Assembly (NCBI RefSeq): GCF_009914755.1
Contig: NC_060936.1
DNA from: the human T2T-CHM13v2.0 reference genome, Homo sapiens
DNA: 64,000 nucleotides
Reading direction: 5' to 3' (one strand)
Shown: positions 43,545 through 55,525 of the stretch, one piece after another
How the letters are laid out: each line of letters starts with the position of its first letter
Numbering within the stretch: the first letter of the stretch is position 1
Made by a program: the position numbers and the translations under genes
Notes under the pieces: model-generated
What the model was told of the DNA's origin: nothing
What the model saw: only the letters and a program-made list of their open reading frames with translations
Database searches by the model: none

Positions 43545-43920
43545 TCTTTAGTGCAAGCAATTAAAACTGATTCTGGTGAACTTTGGTAGTAAAATGAATT
43601 TATTAGGAGGATATTAGGTGGCTCTAAGAGCTAATAGGAACATTTCTGGGGTGAGGTTACAGAAACCACCTAAGGAACTTGTTAAGATGTGGCAGCCAAA
43701 ATGAGGAAACACTTAAAAAAATCTTTTTGTATCCTTATTCAATATTCAAATTCCCAGGAGGAGTATTTGACTAATGTAACTTGGGTCACTTGCTTGTTCC
43801 ACAGATTGTGTCCAGAGGTAACTCCTCCAAAAACAAACAAACAAACAAACAAAAAAACACGCATTTAGTAGCCAAAGAAAATGGGATGAATTTGAGGCAG
43901 CCAAAACAGCCAATGGTCAC
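43545..43920 (-). mobile_element. Old MLT1 (N/O-like) fragment
   Basis: TTCTTTAGTGCAAGCAA...GAATTTATTAGGAGGATATT. Confidence 0.45.
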
Positions 43921-44314
43921 CCCCCCACTTTCATAGAAGATGCTAATTTTAAGGTAAGAAAGGAAAATAAAGCCAATTCCACATCATGAAGATCACCACT
44001 TACCAAGTATAATGGATATCAGAGTGGAAATGGTAGGTTTTTGAAAGTATGACAGATTTCTGAGGAGTCAGAGAATGTAGTTACTGCTTTTATAATCATC
44101 ACCATGTATTCCTTTCCTTAATGCTGTTCTTCAGAGATTTTATATATTGTTATCATTTCTTAAACATACCATGAATAAAGTGCTGTCATGACATTGTCTT
44201 TGATGCCTTCATCTTTTGAGAAAGAAACACAAGAGACCACATCTTTAACCTCTGTGAAATGGAGGGAGTAGAGATCGTATATTCCATACGCTTTAAACAG
44301 ATTGAGGGGACTAG

Positions 44315-44865
44315 TGCATTAAGGTTCTTTGAGTTGTGAGAATCAGAAACCCAACTTAAGCCAGCACAAACAAAATGGTAACCATGAAGTCCAGGAACTT
44401 CAGGTGTGGTTGGATCCAGGAATTCACATCACGTTATAAAGAATTGATTTTTTTTTTTTTTCTTTGATCTCTTGGCTTTGCTTTTTTCCTTCCTCTCTTT
44501 TTGTCTTTTTTTCCTTCTCTCAGCTTCGATTTTATTCTTAGGTAGGCTTTTATTTGATAGTAATAAATATGGATTCAGCAGCTCAGAAGGAAAGAACCAC
44601 AGGAGAGAGAACTTCTTTTTCGCTAGTGCCTAGAGCAATTTTGGAAAAAAAACTCTCATTGTCTTTACTTGGGTCACAGGCCACTCCTGTTTCTAGTAAA
44701 ATGGGGTACTGCGTTAGGCTACTGTGTGTCACATGTGCAACTTTGTGGTAGGATACTGGGGGTTGTGTGGTTGACAGGTCCACCAGATGAGAGTAGCACC
44801 ATTCCTGGGTGGAAAAAAATGGAGTGATGAAAAGTGTGATTTCACATAATCTTAACAAAAGAAAC
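44315..44865 (-). mobile_element. MLT1 (L-like) LTR
   Basis: GGTTCTTTGAGTTGTGAGAATCAGAAACCCAACTTAAG...CTTCAGGTGTGGTTGGATCCAGG. Confidence 0.55.
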
Positions 44866-44869
44866 AAAC

Positions 44870-45360
44870 AGGAACCACTTCAAGAGTAAATGACTTACAA
44901 CAAACCTTTATTATTTCTCTTGATTGTGTAAGTCAGCAGGAGATTCTTCAGGTCTAGGCTCCTCTGCTGATCACTGCAGACACCTGGTGGCTGATCTGGG
45001 CTCGAATGGCCTGGGATGATCTTACTCACATATGTAGCAGTTGGCAGACTGCTTGGTCTGGGGGAGCCTCAGCTGGGCAGCACAGCTTTGCTTTTCATGG
45101 CTTCTCATCCTTCAGTAGGCTAGCCTTGATTTCCTCACATGGTGGCTTCAACGTTCCAAAGAACAGCAAGAGAGAGAGAGCAAGCCCCAATACACAAGCA
45201 CTTTTAAAGTTTCTGCTTGTGTCACATGGCTAAAGCAAGTCTAGATTCAATGGATAGAGAAATAAGCTTTGCCTTGATGTGAAGAGTTGCAAAGTCACCT
45301 TGCAAAGGGGCTTGCCTACAGAGATGGGACGAATCTTGGCTATTTGTGCAATGTAACACA
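44870..45360 (-). mobile_element. MLT1 (H/J/K-like) LTR
   Basis: GACTTACAACAA...TTTATTATTTCTC...CTCACATGGTGGC...CACAAGCACTTTTAA...GCAAAGTCAC. Confidence 0.65.
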
Positions 45361-45493
45361 ATCTAACAAAAGAAGCTCATTCTCTCTTCACCTCCTTCTC
45401 TCACTTGGCTTTGTCTTGACTATAAGTGAACTCACAGCTCCAGTGCCCACTGCCCACTACAACTTGATTATAGTCTATCTTTTAGTGAGTGAA

Positions 45494-45537
45494 AGAGAGA
45501 GAGAGAGAGATCGAGAGAGTGAGAGTGAGAGAGAGAG
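45494..45537. repeat. (GA)n microsatellite, interrupted
   Basis: AGAGAGAGAGAGAGAGATCGAGAGAGTGAGAGTGAGAGAGAGAG. Confidence 0.9.
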
Positions 45538-46388
45538 GGGCCTCCCCTAGATTATGGATTGCTTTTCCTAGTTTATGAATTGCTTCTATTGGTCAAGTTT
45601 GCTCAACTGATCCAGTCAGTTCTTGTTAGGGGCAGGTAGAGTCATGCTGTAAATAGGGCTATGCTTTTCATGGGACATGGATGGCATCAGTTAAATTAGA
45701 AAATTGAAAGAGGATATTGGGCATGGCAGACAAAGTGACTGATGACTGTCCTGAACATAGATGGGACAGGATCCAAAATCATTTCTTTTAAATCCTAATA
45801 TTCTGTTGTGTACCTTTATGTAACTGTTAATATTATGTGAACACACCTCAGTGTAGTGCTTTCCGCCATGGCAGAAAAAAAATAAATCCCAGATAGATGA
45901 TCAGCTTCTGATGGTTAGGAATTATGTTTCCTTTTCCTTTACATATGCCAAGGCATAGAGTAGGTGGTCATCAAATTCTTGCTGAATGTGCTTGAGTGGT
46001 GGAGGGTCTAAAGAGAAATCATGAAGTAGGCATAAGTTAAGCTTAGTGAATTTCAGCTTACTCATTGTGCTTGGTTATTTGATTCTCTGGAGAAGGCCAA
46101 ATTCAACATAACAAAAAAGTTTATTGAGGTGATAACTTGTATTTAACTGAAATTCAAAATATTGTGTTCCTCGATTATTAAATTGAAGAAGGAAGAAGAC
46201 ATAAAGTATGACAATCTAGGAAGTTATATGGGGCTTACACAAGTCTTAGAAAGTAGAACAAACCCTGAGAATTGAAATTCAATTTTACTTAATTGTGAAG
46301 AGAAGATTTTTCAGGGTTTTAAGGTTGAAGTTCTGTTCTTTATTTGGCATCAGAAAAAGTTATATCATTGAAATTAGACATACACTAG

Positions 46389-46716
<328 letters not shown>

Positions 46717-48084
46717 AATGTCCCTTCATTCTTAAGTGGCGCATAGATTGAGACAGAAGTCAGACACAGGAAAAAAAAAATCTCTTTCTTGACCAAGTAT
46801 TTGGATAAGAAATGATGATATTCTGATCCAAATAATATAATGCCTTCAGGAAATTTTTCCTCCTTGTCATAATAGAAGTATTTAGAACAATTCTTCTCTT
46901 GTTTTTTCCAAATTGGATAACGGAATTGGGATATTTCATTTCTCAATTATCCATGGTAATGGGAAAAGGAAAATATGTGGGGATAAAAGCATGAGAGAAT
47001 ATAGATAATTGGTATCAATGAGTAATTTCTAAGCCTCATTACTTTGTTTCACCCGTTCATTTTAGTCTCCATCCTTATCCCACCTGGTTTTTACTAGAGA
47101 TGCAACAAACAACTCATGAACATGGTTTCAATTTTGAGCCTTTTATTTCAAAGTGATGTGGGCTTTAAAAGGTGCAAAGACACCCAAAAGCAACTTACCA
47201 GGAAGAAGGACAAATAAGGACATTAACATTTTACATGATCTGAGAGTTGCCTCTGTTAGGTGTGAACTAGCTTATCAGGAAAGGGTCAGTCATGGTAATT
47301 GTATTATCACCATCTCAGCCTTGGAGGACTGATAAAATGGGCACCAAATCCTCTGGAGAGGGATTTATAGGAGCTGGAGAAGAGCAATGACAAGAAAGGT
47401 TTCTGTATAAAATGTGATAAGCACCAGCAGAACAAATTGGATTCCTAAAACATCACGCTGAGGTCAAGAAAGGACAATTAAATCAAGACTATAATAACGG
47501 CAACATGATCTCCACTTACAGAGTGACTACCTGACGGTATTAGAGGCCCAACTAGAGGCCCTGCCCCACCCATTACCATGGTTAAGCCTCCCGGAAGCTC
47601 TATGGCATAGATATCACTACCCACACTTTGCAGTGAATTCTAGTCCTGAGAAGGGCTTGCTTCCTCCCTATTGGAGAGAAATATTAGTCCTAATTTCTGG
47701 ATTCTATGAGCCTTAAGTCCAGTCTTTGTTTACATCCAACAGTAACAGCAGGGGATGGCAGGCATGAACCCTGTCAGAAGGAATGTGACCAGCAGACAGT
47801 GGGGATCTCTGTGAGACCAGAAGTTGCAGGAGAAAAAGGAAAATAGCCTGTAACGGAAGCCTTTGACGTCATTGGGAAAATGTGGTCCTAACTTAAAAGT
47901 GAGATTACTTTGCTCTGTCATTACTTTGCCGAATCAAACCCTTTGAGAAGTTAAGCCATGTTATTCTTTTTATTGCAACTTGTCTTTAGGTTGCTCTGTA
48001 AATGACCATATTAAGATGAACTGCATTTTGATAATTCTGAAAGTAGCTTGCCAACAGCTTGGCATTCAAGACCTTCCCTTCAGC

Positions 48085-48420
48085 AACAGATCAAACATTT
48101 ACAAAGCACATATTGTGTGGCTAACAGCATCCCCGACCCTGTAATATATAAAGAAAGAAATACAAGACCTTGTTCATTTTATTGAAGTTAGATTTTTGCT
48201 AGAAAACAATAAAATATCTAATAAAACACTGACTTATGTGACATATATAGAATAAATGTTCTGAGGACAAAATAATGTGTGACATCAGGGAGGCTTTAGA
48301 GAAAGTTAGAGTTTGGGTTGGGCCTTAAAAGGTAAACAGAGAATATATAGGTAGAAAGGAGAGAAGGGAAGACCAAGAAAGAGACTATGGGGCCTAGAGG
48401 TTCCTCTTGCCTGGTGGGAC
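48085..48420 (-). mobile_element. L2 fragment
   Basis: CATCAGGGAGGCTTTAGAGAAAG...TTGGGCCTTAAAAGG, antisense L2. Confidence 0.5.
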
Positions 48421-48761
48421 CAGGGTACTTTTCTTTATTACATGCTGACTTGATTCAAGGATCATGTAGGTCTGCAATGGCAAAAGGCAAACATGTTTCT
48501 TAGTACATTGTTTCAAGCAGCCACTCCCCATCTCTTAGCATCAGAATTGAAATCTATTTGCTATTCTAATTGTTGAGTTTTTGGATACTTCCCCCTAGTT
48601 GTAGAGATTTATATGTGGGAAATAGAGAAGTAAAAGAAGAAAATTCCTCTCTCTTTGGAAAATATCTGTCTCACTGATCCTTAGATCTCTCCACTCCCAT
48701 TAAGGAAAAGCAATGAGAACTATACCCAGATTTAAATAAACACCCGTGTTGTGCAAAGTAA

Positions 48762-49077
<316 letters not shown>

Positions 49078-50689
49078 TAAGTTAATTCTAAAGCAACTTA
49101 AAAATTAAAATCTGCATTGTTGGTGGGCCAGTGGGGGCCCCATTCTCTTCACTTTCCACAGGTGGGACTACATGTTCAACACCAACTGGCTTGCAAAATC
49201 TATGGACCACGGATTTGGCTGAAGTTGTTGTGTGTGATAAATCATTCCTGACACATTTATGTAAATTTATGGAGGATATTGCAGCACAGTCAAAGCACTG
49301 GATTTTTCCATCCTTTACTGTTGGTTCGCTGACCTAACTCTGTAAAGCCTTTTTCTCTTGCCCACAATCCCCAGATCACTGAAGCAAAATATTTAAAGAA
49401 TGTTTACAAAATACTTTTAGCTCCTAATAGCTGCTGAGTTTTAGGAGGAATTTGACATGATATGAGCCTGTCAACTAAGGTTTGCTGGTAGATGGCTTGA
49501 ATTATTAGACACATCCAACTAATATTTAGGCCAGAATCTCAATGAATAAGTTGATTTTACTTGTTATACTTACATTATAACCACCTAAGTGTATGATTGA
49601 ATAATATGAATTATAATATAAATTATTATACTAGAAATTAATAATGTGTAATAATCATCTCTCTTGGAGAACACAAGGTAGAAAAAAAGCATTAGAACAA
49701 TTTATAAATACTACAGAGCAATTTCCAGAGTCAGCCAGGGTCTAAACCCAAACCAAATATTATTATTACTCTAAAGTTCTTTAAAAGAAAATATAAAAAG
49801 ACAAGATAATTTCAGTTGGTAAATTATGGATGTTAAGCTATACTTAACCTTTGGCTGTTACAAGTTTCTGTCATCAGATACATAGCTCTTGAATGAAATG
49901 GTTGGTGCTTTTAGTCGATCTGATAACCCCAGTGAAAGGGCTTGTTCGATGATGTCCTGTGTCTCTCAGACCTATGCTGCTGAGGGCTGTGAGTGCTTTG
50001 AGAACAGGTGCTGTGCTTTCCTCGTCTTTGAATCCCCTGCAGCACCTGGCATAGTGCCTGGCACCATGAAATATTCATGGAATTAAATGGGTTTTAAATA
50101 CTGTTTTCTGCCACAAAGTCTCCCTTACATTTAATCATGTGTCATGTCATGAATTTGCAAGGAATGTAATGGAATACAGTGGTATGAATGTAGGTTTAAC
50201 CAGCTCAAAGTAATATAAGGAACCTAGGGAGTTGAGAATATTGGTTTCAGATAACAATTTACACCAAGATCTTGAAGGAAACCTGATTTATTTTAGAAAA
50301 CTTTAATTACTTCCTTTTGCTACAAAGATTCCAATCATCATTAAGCCAGATCAGTATGGCAAACATGATTGAAGGTATAGGATTTACCAGGTTTTACAGA
50401 TATTAATTAAGGTTTGGATTCAAATCTTGATTCGACTTCTGCCGTCAATAATGTATAGTAGCTCTGAAAGATTTGTGAATTTTTAGAAGATGTAAATGAT
50501 TAGTGGTTCAGACTGAGAGTTTAACTGAAGTTCTGTTAGTTTGTAAATGATTAAAAATTGCAATAGAAAGTCCATTAAAAATATAAATTTGGAGTGCTGG
50601 TGAACAAATGTTTTGCCATAATGTGATGTGAAATACTTAATGTTTCTACTCTCTCTTTCTTCTATGAAAATTAACTCCTAGTCATTAAT

Positions 50690-52430
50690 AATTATTGAGC
50701 ATTATGTACTTGGAATTTAGATTCATGAAATAGAATGGTGAAAAAAGTCTGACTCTCATAAAGCTTTCATTTTGGTGGGATAAAGACAGACTATTAAAAA
50801 ATAAACAGATAATTTCAGATAGTGATTTGAAAATAATAAACCAGGTAATATGATAGAGTGAACTGGTATTCAGGGGATCCTTACAGCTGGTGTGGTTAGG
50901 GTAGGTCTTCTCTCTAAGAAGGTAACATTTGAGACAAGTTTTTATTGCCAGTAGTCATGTAAATATTTTGAGGAAGAGAATCCTTGGTAGAGAGAACAGC
51001 AAGTAGAAAATGCTTTCCATGAGTTCAAGGAACAAACAGGTTAGTAAGTCTGGAGTGTAATGAGTTGGGGGTGGGAGGAGTCTGGGACTAATTTTATTTT
51101 TCTACCTTGTATTCTCCAAGAGATGAGCATGAGACATTGATCTCAGAGAGTGGGAAATTACTACATGAATAACTAAGTGAGTGCTTATTTAAAATTTGTC
51201 CTCATGACCTTTACAATAGATCAGAAAATAGGGTTGTGTTATTTTCTTCAGTAAGGTGTTCTCGTTGCAGATGTGGAACTGATAGTTGAGTTTAATTAAC
51301 TGTATTTTCTAGAAGAGTATGATGGTGGAAATGAGGGGCAAGAGAGCTAAAAGTATTTAAGTGATGATTTTAATGATGAACCACAGAATCTAGGATGCGC
51401 TAGGAGAATAAGTGTTTGGACCACCTGCTCTTCACCCCATTGGTGAAGGAGGGATTCCTGCCCTAGGGTTATGGGAATGACTGCACGTGTGATACCCAAT
51501 ACTGGACAGATGAGATTAACAGTTGTTTATTAATCACATATCCTTACAGCCTGAGGGAGGAGGGCACCGGATGCCATGCTGGGGCACAGAGCTTGCACTT
51601 GGGAATAGAGTGAGCAACGTGGGATTGTAAGAGGCAGACTTTGTTTTCTAAAGGGTAGCAACATCCCCTGGTTCCCCTGGAGGATGTGATTGACTTATTT
51701 GAATACTTCTGTGGGCACACAGGGAACTAAAACTTGCTGCTCAGGGGTAAGCAGGAGCTGTTTCTGGTCCCTACGATAAGAAGAGTTGTTTGGCTAGAAG
51801 GTTTTATCTGTGGGAGTGGAGAAGGGAGGGAAGCTTGCAGCTAGGTCATTCAGGACCCTTCAGATTGTTCCTAGATGTTAAGACAGCACATAATATTAAG
51901 CCTGAATTTTAGCTCATATATAGCTGGGACAATTAGGAGTCGGGACAATGGATGGTAGCAAAGGGGTAATGGATTGGAGAGCTCCATGTGTTTGAAGAAT
52001 TACTGGAATGAGACAAATACTGACAAATGACCAAAAATGGACAAATGGGAGATTTGGAAATGGTTGTCAGAGTGGGATGCTTGAAACTGTAATCTGAGTG
52101 GGGTTGCAATAGTTTGAGAAAAAATGAAGGCCATGACCTTGGCAGTTGAGTGGCTAAAGTGGAATTGGCTGGTGGTAGAAGATGGCAGGGGTGGATAACT
52201 TGGAGACTGAATTCTTGTGATGACAGAGCTGAGCTGTGAGGCATAATGAGCTTTGTCTGAAAATTGTTTGGACATAGATAAGCAATCAGGCTGTAGTCCT
52301 GAGTACTCATTAAGTAGGTGGGAGGCCACTGGGTGACTGTTTTCTTCTTGGGGAGGGATGATCTGAAGACAAACAGTGCAAGGGACTGTCTGTAAGATGG
52401 AGGTCTGATCCCAGCAGCAGCACTCTGGGC
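50690..52430 (-). mobile_element. L2 LINE, interrupted by an LTR
   Basis: CTCTCATAAAGCTTTCA...GGTAACATTTGAGACAAG; resumes after 51925 with antisense L2 ORF-like sequence. Confidence 0.6.
51412..51922 (-). mobile_element. ERVL solo LTR (MER70-like)
   Basis: Reverse complement begins ...GCTAAAATTCAGGCTTAATATTATGTGCTGTCTTAACATCT; poly(A) signal seen as GTTTATT near 51526. Confidence 0.65.
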
Positions 52431-52669
52431 CCCAGATCACTTCTGGGAGCTACACTGCCTAACATAGTCCCTGCCATTAGATGGTAGGTGCTCAATTAAT
52501 GTTTATCAAAATGATTTAAATTGAATGTGTTGATTAAATAGAACACTGCCAATGGTGGCAATTTACAGAACACCATCCTTAGGAGTTTCTAAATTTATCA
52601 AGGAACTGATTGTTTCCTCTCTGCTTTATCAGCTCACAGGTTTCCCTTGGGTACCAGGCCCAACTTAAT

Positions 52670-53035
52670 TCAATGATTTAACACACATTTAATTTGTGTC
52701 TACTATTTGCCAGACAGTATACTAGGTACTGAGGATGTAATGGAGAACAAGACAGAAGCCCCACATGAGGTCTTTTTTGTAGTCTCTATATTTGGAAATT
52801 TGGAAAAATGTATTTGAAAATAGGTAATTACAATACAATGTGATGAGTGCTATGATCGGACAAGCATGGATACTAAGGAGGGAATTTAACCTAGACTTAG
52901 GATACGGGAAGTCTTCATGGAAGGGGTAATAATTAAACCAGGATCTGAGAGATGAATAGAATTAGACTGCAGGAGTTAAGTGGATAGGTCAGGATTAGGC
53001 AAGTGTGTGTTCCAGGATAAGGAAATAGCATATCC
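52670..53035 (-). mobile_element. L2 3' region
   Basis: CTACTATTTGCCAGACA...AATTACAATACAATGTGATGAGTGCTATGA...GTTCCAGGATAAGGAAATAGCA. Confidence 0.7.
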
Positions 53036-53499
53036 TGATCCTCTTGTGCACGTTCTCTGCCTCTCATCCTTAAAAATTCTTGTATCTTTGCTCCTTATAT
53101 AATTAAAAGCATGTATTGCATTAATTCACATAATGCTTTTACAACTTGGTTCTGCTGTTTAATGTATGTCCTATAAATTTACAAATGATTGGGGTCTATC
53201 CGATCTAGTTCTTCAGAGCAGTGTGAAATTAGGTTATTACTAAATAATGAGGGAGATAACTTTGTATTACATTAGAAACGAGTATATGCATCTAAATAAT
53301 AGCAGCAGTAACAGGAAATAGAAGCATTTTACACATGAGAAGTAGATGTTTAAAAAGAAAATAGACTCACATTCATAGATCTTGCTCTAACCTGGAGTTG
53401 GTGTGGGCTCTCATTTTCTGCATTTTTAAAAGATGAAAACAAAATTAAGGTCTTGAAAAAGCGCCAGTTTCTACCCAATGTGAAAAACACTAGCAAGAA

Positions 53500-53732
53500 A
53501 ATGGAGTCTCAGTCACACAAGCATGGAAGCTGCTCTTTCCCTAGGTGGGCCTCCAGATGAGGATGCAGCCAGCTTACACTCTGATTTCACCCTTTGATTT
53601 CAACCTTGAGCAGAGAATCCAGTTAGGATACGCTGGATTCCTGACCACTGACACTGTGAGATAATAAATCTGTGTTGTTTTAAGCTGCTAAGTTTGTGGT
53701 AATTAGTTATGCAGCAATAGAAAACTAATACT
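53500..53732 (+). mobile_element. MLT1D/E LTR 3' half
   Basis: GAGATAATAAATCTGTGTTGTTTTAAGCTGCTAAGTTTGTGGTAATT...GCAGCAATAGAAAACTAATAC. Confidence 0.85.
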
Positions 53733-54283
53733 GAATGACAATGACATTTTTTCCCTAGGGTTGTTTTGAGGCACACATGACACAATCACGTCAAGTATTT
53801 AGCACGGTGCCTGGCACGTAATAAACGCAGTAAGTGCTGGTTACTCACAGTATTAATTTGATTTCAGGAAAGTCATTTAATCTAGCTTATTTCATCCCTG
53901 ATAGACTTTGCTTATTTCATCCCTGATATGACAATGTTAAACTAGAGCTAAATTTTTATCAACTCTAAAACTTGTTTCTAAGTGTCCAGGGATTTCTAAA
54001 AAGCCAAATCACTGTTAGGACCTGGGCTTTCAAGAAGGAAATTGTGTGATGTTTCAGAAACAGGAACCACTAATATCAACATCACTGGTTTCATGGACCC
54101 TACAATATGCCTTACAACATTTAGGACTTTGATCACTCAGATGTACCTTGCAGGCAATTTTAGTATTTTTTCCTTTGGTAATTGTTTTTGGGAAAGAATA
54201 AAATTCAGAATATCTTATGTCTATAGGACACTATGCAGTATGCATTTAATAGTGACTCGACCTGTCTTTCAGAAAATAGGGCC

Positions 54284-54567
54284 TTTTTTTTTCTTCTTTT
54301 TTTTTTTTTTAAGATGGAGTTTTCTCTGTCACCCAGGCTGGAGTGCAGTGGGGCGATCTAGGCTCACTGCAAGCTCCGCCTTCCGGGTTCACGCCATTCT
54401 CCTGCCTCAGGCACCTGCCACAATGCCTGGCTAATTTTTTGTATTTTTTAGTAGAGACGGGGTTTCACCGTGTTGGCCAGGATGGTCTTGATCTCCTGAC
54501 CTTGTGATCTGCCTGCCTCGGCCTCCCAGAGTGCTGGGATTACAGGCGTGAGCCACCGCGCCTGGCC
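54284..54567 (-). mobile_element. AluY with about 24-bp internal deletion
   Basis: GCAAGCTCCGCC, CACGCCATTCTCC; TSD core TAGGGCC (54277-54283 / 54568-54574). Confidence 0.93.
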
Positions 54568-55233
54568 TAGGGCCATTTTTAAAAGGTGAATTCAAAAGGT
54601 TGACTTTTATTAGCCAATTAATTTTGAACACAGAACATCCCAAATAAAAAAGCTTATGGTATATTTTGAAACCCTTTAAAGCCATCAGTTTACCAAAATA
54701 AACCACCTGGTCTGAGGTTGAAAGTAAGATATGCAATTTCAACAGTTGAAAGTAAAATTTAGACAGTGTATCAAGTAGGTGCTAATATATCTTTATAAGG
54801 GTTCATAACTTCCAAATTAGGTTTCTAGGAAGGGCTCAGATTGGATCTCATTAATCATGCTCCTCTTTTAGGATGAGATATTAGAAGTTAGTGAATTCTC
54901 ACAGCTGTTTAAAAGCAGAGTTCCTGGGTTTCATAGCATTTGTTAACAATGTGCAAAGATCAGCTATAAAACCTAATGTGTTGGGCTGCTTTAGGTAGGA
55001 CATCCTGGCCACAACGAAATGTTTTTTACCATGTGCTCATTGCAGAGCCCACAGGCAGCATGCAGAAAGAGCAACAATAAACCTTCTAGCAACATGTAGT
55101 GGATAATTCTGTACCTTTTATGCTTGCAGCCTGGGAGGAATGGCTTCTTTCATTTCCTTGGTGGAGACTGTGTAACCTTTGATAACTGGAGAAAGAAACT
55201 AACAAAAGAAGCATTGTTAAGAACCTAGAGAGA

Positions 55234-55525
<292 letters not shown>

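Noticed and set aside
43925-43960. Possible 17-nt microexon (TTTCATAG...AAG|GTAAGA)
   Set aside because: Not frame-preserving, lies at the end of an LTR relic, and has no other support.
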